Positions 18,058 to 30,700 of a stretch of DNA of 51,790 bases are shown piece after piece. The position numbers and the translations under genes are program-made. The first letter of the stretch is position 1. The number at the start of each line of letters is the position of its first letter. Where the stretch lies: assembly GCA_022563455.1 (NCBI GenBank), contig JADFNI010000002.1:1-51790 (forward strand). Reading direction: 5' to 3'. The DNA comes from Nanobdellota archaeon (GTDB taxonomy: Archaea > Nanobdellota > Nanobdellia > Pacearchaeales > GW2011-AR1). The notes under the pieces are model-generated. The model saw only the letters and a list, made by a program, of their open reading frames with translations. It was not told the DNA's origin and ran no database searches.

Positions 18058-18087
18058 AACGTTGTTAATAAAAATGGTATCAAAATC

Positions 18088-18300
18088 ATGATTAAAAAAA
18101 GAGATAAGATTATTGAAGAAGTTCGTTCTACTTTGAAAAACTCCAATGGTTTGACAATTACAGAGATTGTTAAAAAAACAAAATTAAATCGCTCCTCTAT
18201 AAGAACTGCTCTTGCAAAACTCGATGGTGCAGATAAAGTTTCTATAAGAAAAATTGGAATGGCTAAAGTTTATTTGTTAAATGGAGAAAAAATGAAATGA
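18088..18300 (+). CDS. 70-aa winged-helix DNA-binding protein, first gene of the surface-protein island
   Basis: GLTITEIVKKTKLNRSSIRTALAKLDGADKVSIRKIGMAKVYLL gives an HTH plus a wing. Paralog of 43046..43264. Confidence 0.7.
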   Translation: MIKKRDKIIEEVRSTLKNSNGLTITEIVKKTKLNRSSIRTALAKLDGADKVSIRKIGMAKVYLLNGEKMK

Positions 18301-18638
18301 AAGAAATAGGCTCTAAAACATTAACAAAAACAGAAAAAGAAATTTTAGAACTAAGTAGAAAAGGATTGACTGTGTTTGCAATTTCTAAGAAATTAAATAT
18401 GCCAGAGTCTACAGTTAGTCACTGCTTAGATAATGTTAATAAAAAATTAAATAATGAGGAACTTGTTGAAGAAGATGTTTGTGGTGAAGAATCTTTGATT
18501 GATACAGGGCGTACTTCATTAGTAACTATTCTTTTATCATTATTTTCATTTTTTACCTTTTTGAATGTTCAACTATTGAGCCCGCAAACTTTGGTTGACT
18601 ATGATAATATTATGTTTAATTGGAGGGCAGATTTCTAA
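18297..18638 (+). CDS. Membrane-anchored LuxR/GerE-type HTH protein
   Basis: LTKTEKEILELSRKGLTVFAISKKLNMPESTVSHCLDNVNKKL fits the LuxR C-terminal HTH pattern. An acidic linker is followed by one TM (SLVTILLSLFSFFTFLNVQLL). ATGA overlap with the upstream wHTH gene. Confidence 0.6.
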   Translation: MKEIGSKTLTKTEKEILELSRKGLTVFAISKKLNMPESTVSHCLDNVNKKLNNEELVEEDVCGEESLIDTGRTSLVTILLSLFSFFTFLNVQLLSPQTLVDYDNIMFNWRADF

Positions 18639-18746
18639 TTCGTATTAAATGGAATGGAAGAAATAAAAAATGATTAGGAAAAACACTCAAACAAAAAGAG
18701 AAAAGAGATATTGTAATGCTCTTGCCGGTTGGAGGCTGGTTCTGCA

Positions 18747-21700
18747 ATGTTTGTAGGATGGAAACATAAACTTAATTTAAAAAAGGGTGGTGCGGAAGGT
18801 TTGTGTTTAAGGTTAGCTGGAGCTGGGTTTTTTAGAGGTAAAAAAGGAGATATTGATGTTAATAAAATCGGCTTTTTAGTTGTTGTATTATTTGCTATAA
18901 TTGGATTTGTTTATTTGGTTAGTGCTTTGCAGGAGATTACGACAGTTACTTTGAATTCTACATCTGGGACTAATTTGACAACTGAGAATTTGACTGCTTA
19001 TGTTAGTCCTTTGAATTCTAGTCAGAAGTATATTTATGATTGGAAGAAAGGCGGAAGTAGTATTGCTGTTTTGAATATGCCAATGGATGGCGGGGCCTTA
19101 GGAAGTGGAGGTACTGTTAGGGATTATAGTGACGGTGCAAATAATGGTACTATTAATGGTGCAACTTATAATGCAACTGGAGGATATGATGGAAAAGGGG
19201 CTTATGAGCTTGATGGTATTACCGCTAATAATCAACATATTCTAACAAGTGTGGATTTGGTTAATACTAGTGCGACTTTTTCTGCTTGGATGAATATTAG
19301 AAGTGATAGGAGTGGTTCAATCATTGGTTCTAGTGGTGGACAAGCTCAATGGAAAACTGGATTATATATTAGGGCAGGTGCAACTGATGATGTTGTTGTA
19401 TGGGGGTGTGATGTTGTTAATGGTATTCCTTTTGATGTTGCAGCTAATTTGAATACTTGGCATCATTTTGCTGCTGTCTATGATTATTCTGCAAAATCAG
19501 TAAGGCTGTTCCATGATGGAAATTATGTAACAACTGATACTTGTATTCTTCGTGATATTAATATGATTGATTTGACTATTGGAAGAGGGGTAGGGGATCT
19601 TTTTAATGGTACTTTGGATGAGGTTTTGGTTTTTAATAAGACTTTGAGTGACGAGCAAGTTAAAGCATTGTATGATAATAGAACTGATTTAATTGTTTCA
19701 CAGGAAACTACTGCCGGTGACATCTGGCAGGTTGAGGCAACTCCTAATGATGGAATTGAAGATGGGACAAGTGTGTTGAGTGGGAATTTGACTATTTCAA
19801 GCCAACCCCCAACAATTGATTCAGTTATTTTAAATTCAACTTCAGAAAATAATTTAACTTCAGAAAATTTAACTGTATATTCAATTAATGTTTCTGATCC
19901 AGAGAATGATAGTGTTAAAGTTATTTATGACTGGAAAAAAGATTCCAGTTCGATTGCTGTTTTGAATATGCCTTTTGAGGGTGGGAGTAACGGGACATTT
20001 ACAAAAGATTATTCTGATTCATCAAATAATGGTACTGTGATTAATGGAACAACTTATAATGCAATTGGAGGATATGATGGGAAAGGAGCTTATGAGTTTG
20101 ATGGTGTTGATGATTTTATTGACTTGGGAGATCCTGTGGATGGTAGTCTTGATTTTGGAGCAAGTGATAGCTTTACTATTTCTGTTTGGATTAAACCGGA
20201 TACTATAAATAATTATCAGAGGATTGTAGATAAGCATCAATCGGTTAACCCTGGATATATGCTCGTTAAATCTTCTGATAAGGCACATTTTTATACAGGT
20301 TCTTCGCTTACTGGATTAACAAGTCTTGTAGCAGGACAGTGGTACCATATTGTTAGTGTACGAGATAAGTCTGCAGGAGTAATACGAATTTATCTTAATG
20401 GTGTCGAGGATGCTACTCCAGTAACAGATACAAGTGGTGATTTGTCTAACACAAAAAGTTTGAATATTGGACGTAATGGTGCAGGAATTCAAAATTTTAA
20501 TGGAACAATTGATGAAGTTATGATATTTAATAGGGCATTAAGTGCTGAACAAATTCTTGCTCTTTATAACAATAGAACTGATTTGATTGTTAGTTCTGAA
20601 ACTACTTTTAATGATGTTTGGTCAGTTGAGGCCACACCTAATGATGGTAGTGCTGATGGAGTGAGTGTGTTGAGTAATAATGTAACCATTCTACAAGCAT
20701 TAGATACTGTTATTTTAAATTCAACACTTGGAACTAATTTGACAACTGAGAACTTAACTGCGTATCCAAATTCATTAGCTGATGGAAAAGTTATTTACAA
20801 TTGGAAGAAAGATGGAAGTTCAATTGTTGTATTGAATATGCCTTTTGAAGGGGGAACTTTAGCTGAAGGAAATACTAAGGTAAAAGATTATTCTGATGGT
20901 TCAAATAATGGATCTGTAATTGGTGCAATTTATCAATCAACTGGAGGCCGCGACGGAAAAGGAGCTTATAATTTCTCTGCAGTTGATAGTGGGCAGATTG
21001 TGATTGCTCCGAATAGTGTTTTGGATTTTGGAAAGAGTAGTTTTAGTGTATCCTTCTGGATGAAATCTGCATCTTGTCCTAGTTCTGAACAGATTGTAGG
21101 AAAGTCTGTTATTTCTAGAGGATGGGCGGTGAAAGTTCAGGGTGGGGGCATCATGTTTATAACTTCTGATAATGCCAATGATTTTGATCAGACTGCTACA
21201 AGTACCAACCCTTGTGATAATTCATGGCACCATATTGTTGCAGTCAGAACTGATGAGGGTAGAAAGAGAATTTATATTGATTCAGTAAATTCTCTTGATT
21301 ACATTGTAGGTGTTATAAGGAATGTCACTCAACCAACAGGAAACTTTACTATCGGTGGAGTTGGAACTACTGATTTTAATGGTTTAGTAGATGAAGTCAT
21401 GGTATTTAATAGGGCATTAAGTGCGGAACAAATTCAAGCAATGTATAACAATAGAACTGATTTGATTGTTAGTCAGGAAACACGTGGGGGAGAAACTTGG
21501 GAAGTAGAAGCAACTCCAAATGATGGAACTAGTGATGGGACTAGTGTTTTGAGTAATAGTTTGACAATTGAATTGCCTTCAATTGATGCTGTTATTTTAA
21601 ATTCAACATCTGGAACAAATTTAACTAATGAGAATTTAACTGCTTATGCGATTAATTTAAGTAATATTTTTGATGGCAAAGTTATTTATGATTGGAAAAA

Positions 21701-24700
21701 AGATTCCAGCTCAATTGCTATTGTGAATATGCCTTTTGATGGAGGAACTTTGGCTGAAGGTAATACTAAGGTAAAAGATTATTCTGATTTTGGAAATAAT
21801 GGTACTGTTAATGGATCAACTTATAACGCAACTGGAGGGTATGATGGGAGAGGGGCTTATGAATTTGATGGAGTTGATGATTACATTGACTTGGGAGATC
21901 CTGCAGATGGTAGTCTTGATTTTGGAGCAAGTGATAGCTTTACTATTTCTGCTTGGATTAAACCGGATGATATAACTGTTTATCAGAGGATTGTAGATAA
22001 GCATGGGGGGGTTAACCCTGGATATATTCTCGCTAAAAGTTCTTCTGGTAGAGCAGAATTTTATACAGGTACTGCGATTGTTGGATCAACAAATCTTGTA
22101 GCAGGACAGTGGTACCATATTGTTGGTGTACGAGATAAGTCTGCAGGAGTAACAAGAATTTATCTTAATGGTGTTGAGGATGCTACCCCATTAATAGATA
22201 CAAGTGCTGATTTGTCTAACACAAAAAGTTTGAATATTGGACGTAATAGTGGAGGATCTCAACATTTTAATGGTTCTATTGATGAAGTTATGGTATTTAA
22301 TAGGGCATTAAGTGCTGAACAAATTCTTGCTCTTTATAACAATAGAACTGATTTGATTGTTAGTCAAGAGACTAATGTAAGTGATGTTTGGTCTGTTTCA
22401 GCAACACCTAATGATGGAACTAGTGACGGGGCGAGTGTGTTGAGTAATAGTTTAACAATTGCTGCTATTGGCGTGAACTTTACTGACCCAACTCCTGCGA
22501 ATGCAACAAGTATTAGTGTGAATAACACATTGATTAATGTGTCTATTAGTGGCAGTTTAGATCAGGCTATCTTTAACTGGAATGGGACTAATTATACTTG
22601 TTACAATAACTTGACATGTGGGGGGACTTCTGATACGGTGCTTACATTAACAAATGCATCGTTGGTTGATTGGAATTTGCTGGTGAATAAAACGAATTTA
22701 ACAAATGCCACTTACACATATTTTGCCTTTGCTAACGAAACTGGAGGAGAGACAGCACAGACAGAAACGAGGTTTTTGACAGTTGATACTGCTCAACCAG
22801 TTGTCAGTTTAGTAAGTCCTATAAATGGAGCGAACTTTGCCGCTGCTCCAAGCAATATTACCTTCACTTGTAATGCGACGAATACAGCTTTGGCCAATAT
22901 TACACTTTATCACAACATTGGTGGAAGCTTTATTGCAAATCAGACGATTAATATAACCGGAACGTTTAATCAAACAAATTTTACTGTAAATAATGTTGCA
23001 AGCGGTACATATACATGGAACTGTTTGGCATCTAATACAGTTGGCAATAACGCCTTTGCCCCGGCTAATTTCACGTTTATTGTTGGCATTACGCTTCCAA
23101 TATATACTAATTTCAATCTAACTTATGGAACTACTAACTTCTCTGCTGTTTCAAATATCTCTAATGTTACTGGAATGGTTTTGGGAACTCAATATGGTAA
23201 AATAGAGTGGCCATCTACCTATAGTGTTAATGCTAAAGGACAGGATTATGATATAAATGTGGAAGTTGGAGAAGTTTTTATTAGTGCGAATACTTCAGGT
23301 TTGCATTCAACCTTTGATGCTTTAACTAATATTACTTTACAGAATGCTGATTGTTCCAATGCCACTGTTTATTATGGAAATAATGTTTATACTTCCAGAC
23401 AGGATATAATAATAGAAAATAATGTTTGTAATGCTACAACTAGTCCTTCATGTACAAATATTGCTTGCAGTGCAAATACTTTAACATTCACGGCATCTGG
23501 TTTTAGCGGCTTTGCTTCAAATGCCTTTTCTAATTTAACTATCTGGGATGAAAATGATGCAAATATGCCTTTCGCTAACTTTTCAAGAAATGTTAATGAA
23601 AATGTAAGTTTCTTTGTTAACTACACTAATATTTCTAGTGAGATAATTTTAAATGCAAATTGTCAGATTGCAATCAATGACACTGCAATTGTAAATAATA
23701 TGACTTATAATTCTTCAATTAGTTTATATAATTATAAAAGAACATTTAATTCCACAGGAATTTTTGATTGGGATGTAACTTGTAATAAGACGGGCTTTGG
23801 AACTTTAACCACAAATGATACAATCTCCATAAATGATGTGACTATTCCAAGTGTGTTTGATTTGTTGCCTATTAGCAATAGTACATTTAATGTTTCAGAC
23901 GTAATTGAAATAGCTGCCAATGTCACAGACAACCTTGCTGTAGATATTGTTTTAGCAAATATAACTCTGCCAAATGGAACCATAAATCAACTTACTCTGG
24001 TGAATACATCAGTAATTACGAACAATGTAACAGATAAATTTAATGTTAGTTTTGTAATACCGAATGTTACTGGGCAATATAATATTACTTTCATAGCAAA
24101 TGATTCTTCAGGTAATGTTAATTCAACTGAGACAACATTCTTTGTCGGAGAGGACGAAACTTCTCCTAGTGTGTTTGATTTGGTTCCTACTGAGAACAGT
24201 ACTTTTAATGTAACTGACGTGATTGAGATTGGAGCTAATGTTACAGATACTTTCGGAGTTGATGTGGTTTTGGCTAATGTAACTTTGCCGAATGGAACGG
24301 TTGAACAATTACTTTTAAGTAATGTAAGTGATTTCTATAATAACAGTTTTACTATTCCGGCATTACTTGGACAGTATAATATTACTTTTATTGCTAATGA
24401 CACTTCTGGAAATGTTAATTCAACTGAGACAACGTTCTTTGTTGGAGAGGACGGAACTTCTCCAAGTGTGTTTGATTTGGTTCCTGTTGAAAATTCGACT
24501 TACAATGTTAGTCAAGTAATTGAAATTGGAGCAAATGTTACAGACAACATTGCTGTTGATATTGTTTTAGTCAATATTACTTTGCCTAATGGAACAATCA
24601 ATCAACTTATTTTGAATAATGTTTCAATTATTAGTAATGATGCTAATGATACATATAACAATAGCTTCATAATCCCTAATATTACTGGACAATATAATAT

Positions 24701-27700
24701 TACGTTTATTGTAAATGATACAAGTAATAATATTAATTCAACTGAAACAACATTCTTTGTTGGTGAAGATATTGTAGTGCCTAGCGTGTTTGATTTAATT
24801 CCTGTTGCTAATAGTACTTTTAATGTCTCAGACATAATACAAATCGGTGCTAATGCAACTGATAACGTTGCTATTGATATCGCCTTTGCAAATGTTACCT
24901 TGCCTAATGGAACTATCCAAAGAGTTGATTTGAATACTTCATATCTTGGTGAAGTTGCAAGTAATGATAAAACTGTATTTACTGTAGTCGTTGAAGCTAA
25001 GAACTCAAGTCATCCACAAAATGGAGTTGGAGATGCTAATGGATATAAAGTTGATGGCGTACAAGGTAAAGAATTAGTTCTTCTTCGTGGAGCTACATAT
25101 AATTTTAGTGTAACAAGTGGAGGTACACACCCATTTTATATTGGAACGAGTCTTGTTGGGCAAGGTGCGGGAGCTTTGACTTCACAGGTTAGTGACGGTA
25201 TACTGTCATTTACACCTAATGCAACAACACCGGATTTAGTTTATTATGCTTGCGGAGTTCATGCAAATATGGGTTGGCAGATTAAAATTGTTGATTCTTT
25301 TGAGATTCCAGCCTTGGTAGGACAGTATAATGTAACATTTGTAGTTAACGATACTTCTGGAAATGTGAATAATACTGAGACTACATTCTTTGTAGGTCAA
25401 GATATTGTTGCTCCGAATGTTGTTGATTTAATTCCATTCAGCAACTCAACATTCAATCAAACATTTACTGTGAATACCAGCATGGAAATTTCAGCTAATG
25501 TAACTGACAATGTATTTGTAGATGCTGTTCTTGTAAACATAACATTGCCTAATGGAACAATTAATCAATTAACTTTAGCAAATGTATCAGTAATCATAAA
25601 CAACGTTATAGGTAAGTTTAATGCTAGTTTCAATGTTCCACTACTAGCTGGGAGATATAATATTACATTTATAGCAAATGACACTTCTGGAAATGTTAAT
25701 TCAACTGAGACAACGTTCTTTGTTGGAGGAGATGGTACGGCTCCGAGTGTATTTGATTTAGTACCTATTGCAAATAGCACATTTAACGTCTCAGATACGA
25801 TAGAAATCGGAGCTAATGTAACTGATAATATTGCTGTTGGAATTGTTCTTGCAAATATAACACTACCTAATGGAACTTCTCAGTTGTTGACCTTGAGTAA
25901 TGTTTCAGTTATTACAGGAAATAATACTGATAGGTTTAATGATAGTTTTGTTATCCCTAATATGACTGGACAATATAATATTACATTCATTGCAAATGAC
26001 ACTTCTGGAAATATTAATTCAACAGAAACTACTTTCTTTGTAGGTCAAGATGTTGTTGCTCCGAATGTTGTTGATTTAAGACCTCTTGCTAATACAACTT
26101 ACAATGTTTCTCAAGTTATTGAGATCGGAGCAAATGTGACCGACGACATAGCCGTGGACACGGTTCTTGCAAATGTAACTTTGCCTAACGGAACTGTTGA
26201 AGAGTTGATCTTAAGTAATGTTAGTGATTTCTATAATAGTAGCTTCACCATTCCTTCATTGGTTGGACAATATAACATAACATTTATCGCAAATGATAGC
26301 TCTAACAATATTAACAGTACAGAAACTACATTCTTTGTTGGAATAGATGTTGTTGCTCCGAATGTTGTTGATTTAAAACCCGTAGCTAACTCAACATTTA
26401 ATGTAAGTGATGTAATTGAAATTTCCGCAAATGTAAGCGATAATATTGCCGTTGATACAATAACGATTAATATTACACTGCCAAACACCACTGTTCAGCA
26501 GTTTAGTTTGCAGAATGTTAGCGTTGTTATAAATAATGTTAGTGATAAGTATAATATAAGTTATACAATCCCTGCATTGCTTGGCCAGTATAATATTACT
26601 TTCATAGCGAATGATACCTTTAATAATTTGAATATAACGGAGACGACTTTCTTTGTTGGCGTTGATAATATCCCTCCAACATTTACAAATGTAAGTTGTG
26701 TGCCAAATCCTACAGGCATTAATTCAACTATAGATTGTAATGCAACGATAACTGATAATCTTGCTGTTGGTAGTATATTTGCCAATGTTACCTTGCCAAA
26801 TAGTTCTGTTTTGGTACAGGGTGTATCTAATGTTGGGGAGAATTATACTTTTAGATTTAATACAACAGAAGAAGTCGGAATTTATAATGTGTTATGGGTT
26901 GCAAATGATTCTAAAGGAAATAGTGCAAATGCGACTTCTAGTTTTGAGATTATGAATCCGATAATTGTTATTTTGGGATGTGCTCCAAATCCAGCAAATA
27001 TTTCTCAAAGTGTGGAATGTTTGACTAACATTACTACAGGCACTTCTCAGTCATTGGACAGTGTCTTAGCGAATATTACATTACCAAACGGAACTGTCTT
27101 ATTTCCAAGTGTGACAAATGTGAGCAGTATTTATAATGTTACATTTAGTAATACAAATTTGGTTGGATTCTATAATGTAACTTGGTTTGCGAATGATTCA
27201 GTTGGATCTATTTCAGTAAAGAACGAGAGTTTTAGAGTGATTGAATTTACAAAGCCTTCAATTTTTGGTTTAATTCCTATAGCAAATAGTACATTTAATG
27301 TTTCACAAACAATTGAAATTGCAGCTAACGCAACAGATGACACTGAGATTGCATCTGTATCGGCAAATATTACACTTCCGAATGGAACAGTCACACAACT
27401 TATATTAAGTAATGTATCTGTTGTAACAAATACAAGTTCTGATAAATACAATGCAAGCTTTTTAATTCCCACAGTTAGTGGGCAATATAACATTACTTTT
27501 ATTGCAACAGATACTTCAGATAATGTTAATAGCAGTGAAACAACATTCTTTAATACAGTGTCATCATTTAGCGTTGGAAATATACAATGCAGTAATGATA
27601 CGGCGAATTACTTTGGCTGTGATACATTAAGTTATGGAACAAATATTACTCATATAAGAGCAACATGTACAAATCTTGCTGCAAATATAGATGAAGTTAG

Positions 27701-30700
27701 ATTTACATTGTTTAACGAAGAAGATAATGTAAATTATGTTAACAATGTATCATCGACATTTAATGTTTCAGAGATATTTACTTATAATTCTTCATTTGTA
27801 TTACAAGATTCAGGTAATTGGACATTGAGTGTTAGTTGTAGTTCTGGAGGCAATTTGGAAAGTAGTGCTGTGAACTTTAGCTTACCATTTGGTAATATTA
27901 GTATTGCACTTCTTGACCCTTTGGCTGATATGAGTGTTTTATTAAATGAGTTCTTTACTTTCAGTGCGAATGTAACTTGTGTTGGTGGAGAGTGTGGAGT
28001 TGTGAATGTTACTTTGGATCCTGAGGAGGTAATTTGTAGCGAAGTTGAAACTTGTGAGAATGTTTCAAATATGAATTGTATTAATGAAACCACCAAGAGT
28101 TGTGAGACTGTTTGTAATAATCAGACAGTAATAGATTGTACTTCAACAATAGATGAAATTTGTATTGATGTGTGTATTGAATATGAAACCATCAATGGAA
28201 CTTCGGGAGATTGTTTGAGTTATGCACCGCAGTGTGATAATGTTACTAGTGAAATTTGTAATGAAACGGTAACTGAGGTTTGTGAGAAAATTAATTGTAC
28301 AAAAGAGGTTGTAGAAAATTGTACTGAGATAATTGAAGAATCTTGCACTGTTGAAGAGGTTTGTACGACTATAGAATTTGATGAGGAGAGTTCTGTAGAA
28401 ATGGGTTCTATTGAAATTATTCTAAATTCTAGTATTGGAGACGCTAAGATAGTTCTTGATCAAAATGTGACCGTCTTGAATAAAGAATTAATTATTACTG
28501 GGGAGCTTGGTCTTGGTATATCTACAGCAAGCGTTGAAGATAAAGAATTTACTTATCGAACTCCAATTTTGGCTGTCGAGTTAGAAAATGATACTGGAGC
28601 AATGGTTACATTACCGAAGTATTTAGAAGATGATTTAGAAGTCATAATAAAATGTGACGATTGGAACTTTACTGGGGAGCGGTGCAGCAGCGAATGGTAC
28701 GTTTACGCAACGGTTGATGAATTAGAACAGAATATTGACAGCGTAACATTCGCTGCTGATTCTTTTAGTGCTTATGCTGGTGGAGATGTAACTGGAGGGG
28801 ATACAGCATTCTTGATAATATGGGATGAGAATGATATTGGTATGCCAAACAGCGTGGCTGATACTACAAGTGTAAGAATTGTAAATGAAAATGCCACCTT
28901 CTATGCAGATTATAAGATCGCAACGAACGCAACTTCGATTAGTGACGGTACTTGTACAATTGATATAAATGGAACTAGCAATAATATGATTTACTCATCT
29001 GGATATTATAATTATGTTCGGAACATGACTGTTGAAGGGGCATATGGATATACTATTAGCTGTACTTCAAATACCTATACTGATTTGAATGCAAGTGACT
29101 CTATTGTTATAGGAAAATTAAGTAATGAAACTAAGGGTGCTATTTCAACTATTGTTGGAGATATACCATTTTATACTACTTCAAATAACCCTTTCGTTAC
29201 AAGTAATTTATATGGTGGAGGAAATGAGGTTGTTAGTTGGAATGTGAATGCAACTGGAGTTTTGAATAAAGTCTATGACTTCTTTATTGAATTAATTGGA
29301 ACTTATGTACCTTTAACTAACTCGACTCATGTGAACATTGGGATTACTGCTAATGATACAACCTCACCAGTATTTATTTCGAGGACTATATCTCCAGCAG
29401 CGGTTATTAATGGCTCGAGTGCGATAATAAATGCTGATGTAAGTGATAACATACAAGTAGATGAAGTTTGGGCTAATGTGACTCTTCCGGATAATTCAAC
29501 TGAGGTTATAACTGCCGGTTCTTTGCCTTATAATTTTACTAATACTAGTTTGATTGGAATCTATAATGTAACATTCTATGCAAATGATACTTCGGGGAAT
29601 AATGCAACAACTACAAAGACATTTGAGGTTGCATTGCCATTAAATCTGACAATGAATGTTAGTGTTGATGTGAATGTATCTGTCAATGTTTCCACAAATG
29701 TTAATTTCATTGCCTATGTTGCGGGAACAAAAGATATAATTGAAGAAAGACTAAATATTACAGGTTCTGAATCAGTGCAATTGCCGAATGTTCCTGTCGA
29801 TTTGTTCTTCGATGCAACTTTTAATAATTCAAATCTTCTAACTACTTTGTTTGAAATTAATTTAAGTGACAATGAAAATACTTCTGTTACATTTGGGAAT
29901 CCTACTGTAGCTGGATTTTTAGTTACTTATGGTATTGAAACTGATTTTAATTTTACAAATGCACAATCTGAATTCTCTTATTCTGGAACTAGTTTCACGA
30001 TAGAGAGTAACTTACAATTACATAAGTGTGATAATTTTGCTATTGGTTCTGGGACATGTGTAGGTGGATTTAATGATATTACTAGTAGTGCCCAGCAAGA
30101 TACAGTTAATGACAAATTTATTTACAATACTACTTCATTTAGTGGATTTGGTATTGTGGAATTTACTGCTACCACTACTCCAGAATCAGATAGTGAGGGT
30201 GAGGGTGGAGGCGGTGGAGCTCTTGTAATCCTTGCAAAAGAAGAAGTTGAAGCAGTTGAAGCACTCCCTGAGCAGCTATTCGATATTACATTCAACTTAG
30301 ATGATACTACAATTCAAAATATTGGTGAACTTTCAGGGATTCTTACGTTTGAGAGTTTCGGTACGGTTCCAACTCCAGTGGACTTAACGTTTACTATTTT
30401 AGATGCGGCAGGACGCGAGGTTTATCGAGAGAAGGGAAATATTACAGTTACAACTGAAGAAATTTTGAGATGGAATTATGAAGAGAGGGGACTTGGTGCT
30501 CTTGTTGATGGTAAATACGTGGCAGTTCTTACTACCTTGTATAATGTGGATGTAAAAGACGAGTTTAGAATTGAGTTTGAGATTGGGACTGAAAAGGGAT
30601 TTTTCTCACTTATTACTGGTAATGCTATTAAATGGATTGGAGGAAATGGTAAGTGGTGGCTAACTGGGATTGCAGGTATTATCTTGGTTATTGGTTTAGC

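Noticed and set aside
18639-18746. Short ORFs (6 and 28 codons) in the gap before the giant gene
   Set aside because: They show no conservation, no SD and no distinctive composition. The second overlaps the likely start region of the giant gene in another frame.
20040-22370. Possible diversity-generating retroelement (template/variable repeat pair) given the near-identical LamG modules
   Set aside because: There is no reverse transcriptase gene in the window. The mismatches I can see between the two copies are not confined to adenine positions, and both copies are in-frame parts of one gene.
23838-27555. Regularly spaced ~300-nt repeats that could superficially suggest a CRISPR-like or satellite array
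   Set aside because: The repeats are in frame and contiguous with no unique spacers. They encode a conserved Ig-like domain. No short palindromic repeat or cas gene is present anywhere in the window.
19523-28096. Many 60-107-aa antisense or out-of-frame ORFs inside the 12-kb gene (e.g. 19523..19723, 20022..20288, 23732..23983, 26231..26491, 27170..27493, 27782..28096)
   Set aside because: They all lie inside one long, internally repetitive, clearly coding frame. They recur because the repeats recur. They have low-complexity translations and no start context. I treat them as shadow ORFs.
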